Below, in pieces: positions 33,797 through 43,721 of a DNA stretch of 64,000 nt. Origin of the DNA: a virus (taxonomy: Duplodnaviria; Caudoviricetes). The translations under genes and the position numbers were made by a program. Location of the stretch: the IMG/VR virus record IMGVR_UViG_3300037470_000126, positions 18,369 to 82,368 of that record. One strand, given 5' to 3'. The stretch's first letter is position 1; every line of letters starts with the position of its first letter. The notes beneath the pieces are model-generated. The model saw nothing but the letters and a program-made list of their open reading frames with translations, made no database searches and was not told the origin of the DNA.

Positions 33797-34285
33797 ATGG
33801 CGAAGGAAGACGAGAAGGTTACCTGTGCCGAGTGCGGCTACCCGGTAGGCACGAAGGAAGACGGTACCAAGCTCAAGGTCCACAAGGTCGAAGGAGTTCG
33901 ATGCGACGGATCGGACAGTGAGGTTCTGTACGACGACGCGCAGACCGGGGGAATCGACAAGGGACAGTCCTACGAGACGCTGGAGAGCGCTCAGGACGAC
34001 GAACAGGGACCGAACGACTCTACCGACCCGGTCACGCCGACGGAGCCCGAGACGGGCACACAGGGCGTTGCCAAGTCGGCCACCGCCTCGTTCACCCACA
34101 CCATCACTGTTCGTAAGCCGTGTCCCTACCTGGGAGACCAGGCGTGGCACGTCGAGAACGGCAAGATGGTGTACCGCCTCGCGATGAAGGCCGGGCATGT
34201 CCCGACCACCGGCGAGGCCAAGCACACCGGCACAACTGAGACGGACCGTCACGTTCTCGTGACGTACACCGTCCCCGTGAAGTAG
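33797..34285 (+). CDS. Hypothetical protein with N-terminal zinc-finger-like motif
   Basis: CAECG...KVHK...RC; GAGGAGG RBS. Confidence 0.7.
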   Translation: MAKEDEKVTCAECGYPVGTKEDGTKLKVHKVEGVRCDGSDSEVLYDDAQTGGIDKGQSYETLESAQDDEQGPNDSTDPVTPTEPETGTQGVAKSATASFTHTITVRKPCPYLGDQAWHVENGKMVYRLAMKAGHVPTTGEAKHTGTTETDRHVLVTYTVPVK

Positions 34286-34299
34286 AGGGAGGAGGAGTC

Positions 34300-35460
34300 A
34301 TGGCAGCAACCGGATACACTACCGGCGACCCGAACAAGGTCAGTCGTTCAGGCGACACCATGACCGGCGAGCTGGTTTTGCCTGACTCCTCCCCCGATGC
34401 TGCACTATCGGCCGCGTCCCGTGGATACGTGGACAACGAGGTCAACGCCCTATCTGGTACCTACGTGGACACGTCGGGTGACACCATGACGGGCGACCTT
34501 CGAATCCAGTATGGTCTGGTGAACACCCTACTTGGTCATGACATGTCTGTGGTGGCATCCACGGGCATTATGTACCAGGAGGGCCCGCTTTCTCTAGCTA
34601 CTTCCACTTCCGTGACCGTGCCGGCGGGCATCGCCACATTCGTGGGACCACATCATGTTCACGACGATCCGCGGATCGGTTCTGTTGCCTACGGGCCGGA
34701 GACGGTCACCATCACGGACTTGACCGACCCCCTGACGTACCTACTGGTGGATTCCACGGGTGCGATCATCCAGAATGCCGGCGTACCGACTCGTGCCCAG
34801 CGCCGAGAGTTCGCCGTCCTGGGACGGGTCGTGGTTCTGTCAAACGTCATCGTGAGTGTGCAGGATAGCCCGATCCTGGCCTCACAGCCGCTGGCAACGA
34901 CCCTCGACATCCTGAACGCCATGGGTGACATCAGGTTGAGTGGCGTCCGGCTAACCCCCGTCGGCGGAAACCTTGAGTTCAACGTGTCCGAGGGTCAGAT
35001 CTTCAACCTGGGCGCGAACAACTCGGTAGACCCCGACGACCCGAACGTCTCCACGTTCACCGCCCAGACTCCTGGGTCATTCCGCTACGTGTCCCAGAAC
35101 TCGATCATCAGTGCCACACCTCGCACGACGATTGATCCCACGATCTATGATGTGGGTGGCGTCTCGACCGCTGTACCCGGCGGAGCCGGTACCTCAACGA
35201 TCCAGCGCGTCCACTGCTTCCCCACCCAGAACACCTTTATTCAGCTTGGCCAGAACACGTTCTCCAGTCTCCAAGCCGCGCTGGATTCACTTACCCTTGG
35301 AGAGTCGGGAGCCATGCCCTTCGTGACTCACCCCGATCTAGTGGGGGGCGGAGTGCGAACCGGGTTCATCGTGGTCACTCGTACCGCCACTGATCTAGCC
35401 GACACCGTCAATGCCCGGGTGCTCCGCGCCACTCGACTCGGTGACCCAGGAGGCCTGTGA
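34300..35460 (+). CDS. Putative virion fibre/decoration protein
   Basis: Two GDTMTG(E/D)L repeats then a beta-rich domain; located in the head-neck region. Confidence 0.55.
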   Translation: MAATGYTTGDPNKVSRSGDTMTGELVLPDSSPDAALSAASRGYVDNEVNALSGTYVDTSGDTMTGDLRIQYGLVNTLLGHDMSVVASTGIMYQEGPLSLATSTSVTVPAGIATFVGPHHVHDDPRIGSVAYGPETVTITDLTDPLTYLLVDSTGAIIQNAGVPTRAQRREFAVLGRVVVLSNVIVSVQDSPILASQPLATTLDILNAMGDIRLSGVRLTPVGGNLEFNVSEGQIFNLGANNSVDPDDPNVSTFTAQTPGSFRYVSQNSIISATPRTTIDPTIYDVGGVSTAVPGGAGTSTIQRVHCFPTQNTFIQLGQNTFSSLQAALDSLTLGESGAMPFVTHPDLVGGGVRTGFIVVTRTATDLADTVNARVLRATRLGDPGGL

Positions 35461-36227
35461 TGACCAGTGTTGCACAGGGTAGCGAGATCACCCTCATCTC
35501 CCAGTGGTTCGAGTACGGCGGGGGCCCCGCTGTTGACCTCGTCACAGGCCCGACCATCAACATCATCCGGCTGTCGGACAACGACAACACGGTACCCGAG
35601 ACGACGGCGGGAATCAGCCACCCGTCCGTCGGAGTCTACACCTTCAACTGGACGCCTGCGGCGGATGCCGAGCTGGGCAACTATCTGGTGGTGTGGGAAG
35701 GGACCGACGCCGACTCCGAGACTGTCACGGCCAACGAGGTCGTAGAGGTCACGGTCACAGCCGCTCTTGCCGGCACGTGGGCTACTCCCGCCGAGGCGTC
35801 CAGCATCACCGGGCAGTCTCTCACCCAGGCTCAGTTGAACGTGGCCTACCACGTGATCGAGATCTTCGTGGGCGCGATCATCAACAGCCGGGCGAATCTG
35901 ACCAACCGAGACTTGCGCGGGCTCAAGAAGGCTGAGTCCTACCAGGCCGCGTGGATGGCAGCACAGATCGACCTCACTGGCCGATCGGATGCCACGCTGG
36001 TTGCCCAAGACGGCTTGCAGTACAGCAAGGGTGACCCGGACATGCACATCCTGGGTCCGCTCGCTAAGGCTGCGATCATGCGGTTGTCGTGGATGCGAAC
36101 CCGCACAATTGACCCGCTCACGCCGGCACAGGCTCTCGTCCTTCGGAACAAGGTTACCGCAGAGACCTACGGCTTGGATGACCGGGAGGACCTGGATGAT
36201 CTCGGCGGCGACTGGGAACCGCTATGA
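35457..36227 (+). CDS. Head-to-tail adaptor with N-terminal Ig-like extension
   Basis: Position; C-terminal WATPAE...AESYQAAWM...LAKAAIMRLSW. Confidence 0.65.
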   Translation: MMTSVAQGSEITLISQWFEYGGGPAVDLVTGPTINIIRLSDNDNTVPETTAGISHPSVGVYTFNWTPAADAELGNYLVVWEGTDADSETVTANEVVEVTVTAALAGTWATPAEASSITGQSLTQAQLNVAYHVIEIFVGAIINSRANLTNRDLRGLKKAESYQAAWMAAQIDLTGRSDATLVAQDGLQYSKGDPDMHILGPLAKAAIMRLSWMRTRTIDPLTPAQALVLRNKVTAETYGLDDREDLDDLGGDWEPL

Positions 36228-36586
36228 GTACCTCCGCGAACTTCCGGCCAACCACCCTCGTAACCGTATTGCGCACGTCTCCCAGTAACAATACGGATGA
36301 GTTCGGGGACCCTGAGGACAACGAAACTGAGTCCTCGACGGGAAACCCCTTCTCCATCATCATGCAGTCCAAGCGGGTGTTTGTTCCCGCTGAGAATCGC
36401 ACCACCATCGTCCAAACGATCGCCGGACGATGCCGAGCCAACGTGGACGTAAAGGAAACGGACCGGCTCAAGGATGAGCGCACAGGCTACCTCTACATGA
36501 TCGAATCCATCGTGGAACCACAGGATCCGATCGGCGCGGCGGCCAAGAGTTTCCTCCTCAAGAGGGTCCAGACTAACAATCTCTAG
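36224..36586 (+). CDS. Head-to-tail stopper
   Basis: Position; DEFGD, DRLKDERTG. Confidence 0.7.
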   Translation: MSTSANFRPTTLVTVLRTSPSNNTDEFGDPEDNETESSTGNPFSIIMQSKRVFVPAENRTTIVQTIAGRCRANVDVKETDRLKDERTGYLYMIESIVEPQDPIGAAAKSFLLKRVQTNNL

Positions 36587-36609
36587 CCAACGTAAAGGAG
36601 GCTGAGGGC

Positions 36610-36999
36610 ATGACCACTGTTGTGGCCCACATCGAAGTACGGATGGCATCCGGGTTCCACCAGAACCTAGAAGAAGCTGTCCAGCCTGCCTTGATCCAGG
36701 TGGCCAAAGAGGTTGAGGAAGACATCAAGCGGAACGCCCCCGTTGACACGGGAGAGCTGGTCCGTTCTGTCCGGAGACGTGGTACTGTAATTACCATCTC
36801 CGCTCCCTACTGGCACTTTGTGGAGTATGGCACCCGGCCGCACATCATCCGGCCTCGTCGGAGGCAGGCACTATGGTGGCCAGACGCTCACCACCCGGTC
36901 CGACAGGTTTACCACCCCGGCACCCAGGCTCAGCCGTTCATCCGCCCCGCGGCGCTCCGCCAACGGCGCCTCCGGCCTGGCATCTCAGTGGGGGTGTGA
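36610..36999 (+). CDS. HK97 gp10-like neck protein
   Basis: APVDTGEL..S, FVEYGT, AQPFIRPA. Confidence 0.88.
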   Translation: MTTVVAHIEVRMASGFHQNLEEAVQPALIQVAKEVEEDIKRNAPVDTGELVRSVRRRGTVITISAPYWHFVEYGTRPHIIRPRRRQALWWPDAHHPVRQVYHPGTQAQPFIRPAALRQRRLRPGISVGV

Positions 37000-37001
37000 A
37001 C

Positions 37002-37448
37002 GTGGCTTTTCTTCCGACCAATGAGCTGGTGGGAATCCACTGGATCAAGTCCATCACAGGTATCCCGACCAACTCTGTGGGCACCACGCTACCCGCGGAC
37101 AACAGCACGTGGGAAGCCTCAGGCTTCATCCAGGTGCAACTGGCTTCGGGTAACCCTGACCTCTACACCCCCCAGAACCAGCCTGTCTTCCAGGTCGACT
37201 GTTGGGCCGCCAAGCCTAACTCCCAAAAGCCGCCGTGGGGTAAGGCCAACAACCTGGCTGAGATCATCAAGGCAGCCACCTACGATAAGACCTACTGGGG
37301 GTCCCTGGCTCTGCCGGCGACACACGACGATGCCCGCGTCCTCGGTTCGGTGGCAGTAACAGAACCGCGACGAGTCCTAGGAGATGAAGCACGGTTCGCC
37401 AATTACACATTTGATCTCCAACTGTTCTGGGTGAGGAAACTACCATGA
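37002..37448 (+). CDS. Tail terminator
   Basis: Position; QVDCWA, W.KA..LAE. Confidence 0.75.
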   Translation: MAFLPTNELVGIHWIKSITGIPTNSVGTTLPADNSTWEASGFIQVQLASGNPDLYTPQNQPVFQVDCWAAKPNSQKPPWGKANNLAEIIKAATYDKTYWGSLALPATHDDARVLGSVAVTEPRRVLGDEARFANYTFDLQLFWVRKLP

Positions 37449-37705
37449 TGACCGTCATAAACCAGGAAGCTGTCAAGCTGCCCACCGGGCAACTGTACGG
37501 ACTCTGGGGCGAGAAGTCGGGACAGTTCCTCACACAGGGAGGCCGGGTAATCTTCCACACCAACCGTGCGGAGCTTGAGTTCCTGTTCCCGGGAACCCGA
37601 GTGAAGCCCGTGGACGTGAGCCCGTTGGAGGGAATCCCGCTCCAGTACATGCGCGGGATGGAAGCCGTTCGATTTCCACTGGACAGGAGTGAGTTCCGTG
37701 CCTGA
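37445..37705 (+). CDS. Hypothetical protein
   Basis: Overlapping start and stop codons with neighbours. Confidence 0.65.
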   Translation: MMTVINQEAVKLPTGQLYGLWGEKSGQFLTQGGRVIFHTNRAELEFLFPGTRVKPVDVSPLEGIPLQYMRGMEAVRFPLDRSEFRA

Positions 37706-37922
37706 CATCCGAACTACATTCCAGCCGGGTACCGTGCGAACGGTATCCGACTCGGAATTCCTCGACCTCAAGCGCCAGGGCCTGATCAAGGAGGTAGTGC
37801 CTCCGCCCGCCCCGGTGGCCCCGGCTCCCAAGCCGACGGCCAAAACGAGGCCGACCCCCACGCCAAAGGTCTTCCGGACCTCCACGACCACGAGCAACAC
37901 CGACGGCGACTCCTCCGAGTAG
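37698..37922 (+). CDS. Hypothetical protein with Pro/Thr-rich tail
   Basis: AGGAG RBS; T..P...R.VSD.EFLDLKRQGLI. Confidence 0.65.
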   Translation: MPDIRTTFQPGTVRTVSDSEFLDLKRQGLIKEVVPPPAPVAPAPKPTAKTRPTPTPKVFRTSTTTSNTDGDSSE

Positions 37923-37945
37923 CCTGAGCCAGAAGGGAGAGCACC

Positions 37946-38521
37946 ATGGCCGTAACCGTAACCAACCTTACCCTTGGCCCGGGTGAACTGTTCAAGGGAG
38001 ACGTTGGCGCCACCGAGCCCGACGACACGGACGTTTCCAACGAGATCTCCAACACCTCGGTCTCCGGCGACTGGGACGACCTGGGGGGTACCCAGGGCGG
38101 TATCACCCTGGAGCTGAACCAGGAGTACACGGAGCTGGAAGTCGACCAGGTCGTGGACATCCCCGGCCGCCGGCTCACCAAGCGTGAGTTCAAGATCAAC
38201 ACCAACCTGGCGGAGCCTACGCTGGAGAACTACCAGCTAGCCTCCAACGGCGGTGAGATCACGACCGGCTCCGGCTTCCGTACCTACGAGCCGTCCATGG
38301 ACAACTCGGGAGAGACTCCGGAGTTCGCGGCTCTGATCTTCGACGGCTTCGGCCCGAACAGCCTCAAGCGCCGCGTGATCGCCCGGAAGGTGCTGAACGT
38401 CGCCACCGTCGGCCAGGAGTACATGAAGGACTCCCAGCTCCTGTTCCCCGTCGAGTTCTCGTGCCACTACATCTCCGCGGCCACGCGCCCGTTCCGGTAC
38501 GTGGACGAGGTCGCCGCCTGA
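37946..38521 (+). CDS. Major tail protein
   Basis: DLGGTQGG, EVDQ, F.V.F; optimised codons; followed by a hairpin and the chaperone gene. Confidence 0.88.
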   Translation: MAVTVTNLTLGPGELFKGDVGATEPDDTDVSNEISNTSVSGDWDDLGGTQGGITLELNQEYTELEVDQVVDIPGRRLTKREFKINTNLAEPTLENYQLASNGGEITTGSGFRTYEPSMDNSGETPEFAALIFDGFGPNSLKRRVIARKVLNVATVGQEYMKDSQLLFPVEFSCHYISAATRPFRYVDEVAA

Positions 38522-38657
38522 CATCTGCGCCAGCTTCGGCTGGTGTGGAACGTAAGATCTCTCGGGGCCTCGTGCCTCACTCCCGTGTGCCGGGGCCCCG
38601 AGTTGTACCACACCCAACGTTCGCCCGTAAACGGCGACCGCTTCTAGGAGAAACGCC

Positions 38658-39038
38658 ATGTCTGTAGAAGACGAGTTCGAGGGCTACGACATCATCCAGC
38701 TTCCGTCCACCGAGACGGTGGAAGGTGCCGAGGTCGAGGTTCCCATGGAGCCTCTGTTCGAGTTGAACGATGAGGTCTACCTCATCCCCAAGAAGCCCTC
38801 AGCCGGCATGGCGCTCGGCTACCTGGAGCGGCAGACCGAGGTCGGTCCCGACGCGGCCATCCACTGGATGATGCTGGAGATGCTCGGCGAGGAGGGTTAC
38901 GACGCCCTCAAGAACCACCCCACCCTAGAGCGGGAGACCCTGGACCAGATCATCGGCAAGGTCGAGAAGAAGGTCCTGGGGGGCATGGAGGGAAAGCGCC
39001 CTTCTGGCAAGAGCCGTCGCCGCGTCTCCAGGAAGTAG
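38658..39038 (+). CDS. Tail assembly chaperone (G)
   Basis: Position before tape measure; slippery site near the 3' end. Confidence 0.85.
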   Translation: MSVEDEFEGYDIIQLPSTETVEGAEVEVPMEPLFELNDEVYLIPKKPSAGMALGYLERQTEVGPDAAIHWMMLEMLGEEGYDALKNHPTLERETLDQIIGKVEKKVLGGMEGKRPSGKSRRRVSRK

Positions 39039-39358
39039 CCTGGGTCCTCGACTATCTAGAGGACATCTGGAGCGATCTATCCGCCTTCCACCGAGTCGGA
39101 GAATGGGACGAGGTAGAGGACATGAGCGCTGAACGCTTCTTCTCGTTCACAGATCGCCTAGTGAGCTACAGCGGCGTTGTAAGGGCCCGAGCATCGCGTG
39201 AGCGTCACTCTGTATCAGACTCGTCTGACAGCGCCCCTAACGCGCGTACAGAGACGCGACAGACGTCCTCTAGAAGCAACGACGGCGGCGTTAAGCATTA
39301 CCGGGACGTCAAGCATAACCCCGAGCTATCCGTGTACTTTGAGAAGGGAGCGGGCTAG
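38658..39358 (+). CDS. Tail assembly chaperone, frameshifted (GT) form
   Basis: Open -1 frame from 38990 to the stop at 39358. Confidence 0.82.
38990..38996 (+). other. -1 programmed frameshift site GGGAAAG
   Basis: The -1 frame reads APFWQEPSPRLQEVAWVLDYLEDIWSDL and joins 39122..39358 without a stop. Confidence 0.88.
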
Positions 39359-42300
39359 TGGCTGTGAGAGTGGCTGATGGTATTGTAACCATCAGTGCCC
39401 AGATTGACGACAATACGGTTCGTCGCTCTGCCACACGAGCCGGTCAGCGTGCCGGCGACTCGTTCTCCCGTGGCTTTGTCCGCACCGCCGATGACGGGAT
39501 GGATCCCGCTCGGTTCAGGCGCATGGGTGACGATGCGGGAGACGGCCTGGTTCGGGGTGCTGACGGTCGTCTCCGGAACTCTCGGGGGCGGTTTGCACGA
39601 GCCGGAACCCAAGCTGGTGACTCGTTCTCCACAGGTCTAGGTGACGGCGGCTCACGAGGCATGAACCAGGCCTCCGGCAAGATGGGCAAGGCTCTTGCCG
39701 CCGGCGCTGCATTCGCGGCCGCTGGTGCTGCTGTGGGAGCCGTGTTCGTTAAGGCCTTCGCCGACGCTATGGCTCAGGAACAGTCCGTCGCTCTCCTGTC
39801 CGCTCAGGTGGGAGCCTTCGGGCCGGAGTCCAAGAAGCTCGGCAAGGTCGCGGGCTCTCTGTACGCGGACGGTTATGGTGAGTCGTTCGGCGACGTAACC
39901 GACGCCATCCGCGGCGTCAAACAGAACATGAACGCCCTCGGCGTGTCGGGTGACGAGGACCTAAAGAAGATCGCCAAAGGCTCCATGAACGTGAGCCAGA
40001 TCATGGGCGAAGACGTGGGTAAGACTACCCGCGCCGTGGCCAAGATGATCAAAACGGGGATCGCCAAGAACTCCGAAGAGGCTTTCGATATCCTCACGCG
40101 CGGCGTACAGACGGGCGCCAATGAAGCTGAGGACCTGCTAGACACCTTCTCGGAGTACAGCACCCAGTTCCGGAACGTCGGGCTCAATGGCAAGCAGGCA
40201 ATGGGCCTGATTAGCCAGGGTCTACAGGGCGGCGCTCGTGATGCTGACTTGGTGGCCGACACTATCAAGGAATTCTCCATCGAGGCGGTACAGGGTGGAG
40301 AGCGCGTTCGTGGAGGCTTTGAAAGCCTCAAGCTAAATGCGGATGACATGGTGGATGCCTTTGCCGCAGGCGGACCGAAGGCGGCCGAGGCATTCGACAC
40401 GGTACTGGATAAGCTCCGAGACATCAAGGATCCCGCCGAGCGGAACGCCGTTGCAGTAGAAGTGTTCGGTACCAAGGCCGAGGACATGGGCGATGCTCTA
40501 TTCGCCTTGGACCCGTCCAAGGCTGAGAAGACCCTCGGCGATGTGGGCGGTGCGGCCAAGAAGGCCGGCGACATGATCCACTCCAGCCTTTCCGCGAGGC
40601 TAGAGCGGCTAAAGCGGACCATGCAACAGGGCTTGGTCAACTTCATCAACGACAGGGTTATGCCGGTCATTGACCGGTTCGCCAAGTGGATGAAAGACAA
40701 CCCCAAGATCGTTAAGCCGGTCATCGAGGCCATGAAGACCTTGGCCATTGTGTTCGGCGGCCTGGCTGTCGGTGGTGCGATCATTGCCGGCGTCGCCGCT
40801 GCGTTCGCTCTCGTGTCTGGCCCCGTTCTCGCGGTGATCGCTGCCATTGCTGCCCTAACCCTCGGCCTCAAGTTCGCATGGCAGAACTCGGAGACCTTCC
40901 GAGACGTCGTACTAGGTGTGTGGGACAAGGTCAAGGAAGGTGCCGAGGCCGCGGTCAAGTTCTTCAAGTCCGACGTGGTTCCCACCTTCGTCAACGCCTG
41001 GGACAGCATCAAGGAGAAGGGTCAGGTCCTACTAGACTTTTTCCAGGGTACTCTGTGGCCTATGCTCCAGGCGGGCTGGGATATCCTGGTCGCCGCGGTC
41101 CAGCCAATCATCGAGCGGTTTAAGGGCTTCTTTGATGACATGGCCGGCAAGGGTGAGGGACTGTCCGGTGTCTGGGAGACGGTAACCACATTCATCGGTG
41201 AGAAGGTCAATGAGATCTGGGACGTAATCCAGACCGCTCTAGAGGCCATCACCGCCATCTGGGAGAAGCACAAGGGTTGGATTATTCCCACCCTAACATT
41301 CATCTGGACCACCATCGGCACGATCATCGGCGTGGCTCTCGGTAACATCTGGGCCACGATCAAGGGTGTCTGGACTGCCATCTCCGGCGTGATCTCAGGC
41401 GCCATGCAGGTGATCAAGGGTATCATCCAGGTTATCACCGGCATCATTACCCTCGACTGGAAGACCACCTGGGAGGGGATCAAGAACATCTTTGGCGGCA
41501 TCTGGAAGGCCGTCCTCTCAATCCTCAAGGGCGCCTGGCAGATCATGAAGGGCGTCTTTACCAACATGTGGAACTTCATTACGGGGATCTTCAAGAAGCT
41601 GTTTAACTGGCTGGTTGGTAACTCCCTCATCCCCGACCTGGTAAAGGCCATCATCAAGTGGTTCACCACTCTCCGGGATAAGGCTGTCGCCCTTATCGGG
41701 TTGCTCAAGGACTGGGTGATCAGGCGATTCAATGCCCTAAGGGATTCAGCGGTTCGAGCGGTCACCAACCTGCGGGATCGAGCCGTCGCCATTTTCAACA
41801 ACATCCGCGACTGGGTTACGTCCCGAGCGCGTAAGCTCCGGGACAATGTCGTCGGGGCATTCAACACCTTCAAAGATAAGGCCATCTCAGCCTTCAGGAA
41901 GGCTAAAGACGGCATCAAGGTTGTCTGGAACAAGCTTAAGAAGCTGGCAGCCAGCCCCGTCAACTTCGTAATCGGGACGGTCTACAACAAGGGTATCCGG
42001 AAGTTCTGGAACGCCATCGCGGGTAAGGTCGGGCTCGGCAAGCTAGGCGAGATCCCCACCCTCAAGTTCCAGAAGGGTGGTGTGGCGGATCTTCGTAACG
42101 GCGCCAAGCTACCCGGCTTCTCCACCAAGGATGATACGCTCGCCATGGTTCGAAGTGGCGAAGGCGTTCTAGTCCCGGAGGCTGTCCAGGCTCTCGGCGG
42201 TGCTCAGTTCATCAACCGTGCCAACCGGATGAAGGGACGAGCCGGCTCCCTAGCGGGGAAGAGTAAGGGAACTGGAATTCCTCACTTCTTCCTCGGCGGC

Positions 42301-43296
42301 ATCGTGGACGCGGTCGGTGGATTCATTGACAAGGGCAAGGACTTTTTTAAGCAGGGCTTTGTAAAGGCCCTCAACGCAGTGACCGCTCCTATCGTGAATA
42401 ACATGAAGGACCGGTTTGGAACGTCAGGCTTCAAGGGACTTCCCACACAAGCCGTTATGGCGATCGTGAGTAAGATCAAGGCTTTCCTTGGTCCGAAGGC
42501 TGGTCAGCTTGAAGGCGGTGACGGCAAGAAGGTCGCGGACGTTGCTCGCTCCCAGACGGGTTACTACGGCCGCCCGAACAAGTTCACCAAGGCACCAGGC
42601 ATGTGGACCGACGAGTGGTGCGGCATGTTCGTGGACTGGGTGTTCAAGAAGGCCGGCGCCAGTAAGGCCCTGAGCGGGATCCGTACTCCCTCCGTCGCCT
42701 CGTACCGACAGATGGGCAGCACGAGCAAGGGCTCCATGAGGCCCGGCGACCTCGCTCTGTACCGCGGTGACTCTGGCCACATCAACATCGTGACCGATCC
42801 CAAGTCCAAGGAAACTGTCGGCGGTAACGAGTCGAACAACCGGGTGGCCAAGACCCGCGGCTACGTCAACTCCGCGTCCTCGATCCGTCGACCTGCGTTC
42901 GCACGAGGAGGCGTCCTAGACGCCCGTACAGTGCGTTTGGCGGGAGGCCTAGAGGGACTACGCAACATTGCTTGGCAGGACCGTCTAGAGTCCCCTGACG
43001 TCGATCCTGAGACTCAGCGTCGCCGTGCTCTGTTCGCAGCTCCGCCGTGGGTGTCTCGTGATATGGGTGGCCTACTACCCGACGGCATGATGGCTGTCAA
43101 CACTTCGGGTACGGCTGAGGTTGTCAGTACACTTGATCAGTTGAAGGCGCTGGTGGCCTCCGGTAAGGGTCAAACCTACATCTTCAACGAGGGCGCCATT
43201 ACCCTTGACGCCTCCAAGATCAAGAGTGTCCAAGATCTAGTGGACATGATTGAGTCCATCCAGGTTACCTCACGTCAGTTTGGAGCGAGACTGTGA
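39358..43296 (+). CDS. Tape measure protein with C-terminal CHAP-like peptidoglycan hydrolase domain
   Basis: 1312 aa, Ala/Gly-rich with W/F periodic repeats; EWCGMFVDW...GHINIV...GGNESN. Confidence 0.93.
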   Translation: MAVRVADGIVTISAQIDDNTVRRSATRAGQRAGDSFSRGFVRTADDGMDPARFRRMGDDAGDGLVRGADGRLRNSRGRFARAGTQAGDSFSTGLGDGGSRGMNQASGKMGKALAAGAAFAAAGAAVGAVFVKAFADAMAQEQSVALLSAQVGAFGPESKKLGKVAGSLYADGYGESFGDVTDAIRGVKQNMNALGVSGDEDLKKIAKGSMNVSQIMGEDVGKTTRAVAKMIKTGIAKNSEEAFDILTRGVQTGANEAEDLLDTFSEYSTQFRNVGLNGKQAMGLISQGLQGGARDADLVADTIKEFSIEAVQGGERVRGGFESLKLNADDMVDAFAAGGPKAAEAFDTVLDKLRDIKDPAERNAVAVEVFGTKAEDMGDALFALDPSKAEKTLGDVGGAAKKAGDMIHSSLSARLERLKRTMQQGLVNFINDRVMPVIDRFAKWMKDNPKIVKPVIEAMKTLAIVFGGLAVGGAIIAGVAAAFALVSGPVLAVIAAIAALTLGLKFAWQNSETFRDVVLGVWDKVKEGAEAAVKFFKSDVVPTFVNAWDSIKEKGQVLLDFFQGTLWPMLQAGWDILVAAVQPIIERFKGFFDDMAGKGEGLSGVWETVTTFIGEKVNEIWDVIQTALEAITAIWEKHKGWIIPTLTFIWTTIGTIIGVALGNIWATIKGVWTAISGVISGAMQVIKGIIQVITGIITLDWKTTWEGIKNIFGGIWKAVLSILKGAWQIMKGVFTNMWNFITGIFKKLFNWLVGNSLIPDLVKAIIKWFTTLRDKAVALIGLLKDWVIRRFNALRDSAVRAVTNLRDRAVAIFNNIRDWVTSRARKLRDNVVGAFNTFKDKAISAFRKAKDGIKVVWNKLKKLAASPVNFVIGTVYNKGIRKFWNAIAGKVGLGKLGEIPTLKFQKGGVADLRNGAKLPGFSTKDDTLAMVRSGEGVLVPEAVQALGGAQFINRANRMKGRAGSLAGKSKGTGIPHFFLGGIVDAVGGFIDKGKDFFKQGFVKALNAVTAPIVNNMKDRFGTSGFKGLPTQAVMAIVSKIKAFLGPKAGQLEGGDGKKVADVARSQTGYYGRPNKFTKAPGMWTDEWCGMFVDWVFKKAGASKALSGIRTPSVASYRQMGSTSKGSMRPGDLALYRGDSGHINIVTDPKSKETVGGNESNNRVAKTRGYVNSASSIRRPAFARGGVLDARTVRLAGGLEGLRNIAWQDRLESPDVDPETQRRRALFAAPPWVSRDMGGLLPDGMMAVNTSGTAEVVSTLDQLKALVASGKGQTYIFNEGAITLDASKIKSVQDLVDMIESIQVTSRQFGARL

Positions 43297-43721
43297 GTAT
43301 CCACGACGACCTGGGAGCCCTCCGAGAAGAAGCTCCCACCGCCGCCCAGGCGTTGCAACGTATCAGCCGGGAGAAGGCCCGAGAGGTAGCGAGGCAGTGG
43401 GATAAGCACCCCTCCCGGAACATGGACGGTACCGCTACGTTCCACACCCGCGCAGGAAAGGCGACCATCGGGTCCATCCGATACCACCCGGATGATGACC
43501 GACTGGACTCTGTAGAGGTCTGGACTGGCCCCCAGCAGGGTCCTCCCCAGTACCGCCTCATCAATCCGCCTATGCTTGTTCCCGACTCCCGCGGTGAGGT
43601 GGTATTGAACGAGGTCAACAAGGCAAGAGGGAAGACCACCGCCCGCCGCTATCGGATTGATCCCCTCGTGGCCATCGCGGAATTCATCGCGTCTCACCAG
43701 GGTGGGAAGGAAAAGGGATGA
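43293..43721 (+). CDS. Hypothetical protein
   Basis: Overlaps both neighbours by 4 bp. Confidence 0.7.
   Translation: MSIHDDLGALREEAPTAAQALQRISREKAREVARQWDKHPSRNMDGTATFHTRAGKATIGSIRYHPDDDRLDSVEVWTGPQQGPPQYRLINPPMLVPDSRGEVVLNEVNKARGKTTARRYRIDPLVAIAEFIASHQGGKEKG

Noticed and set aside
39873-41963. Long minus-strand ORFs within the tape measure gene
   Set aside because: Antisense shadows with no independent signals
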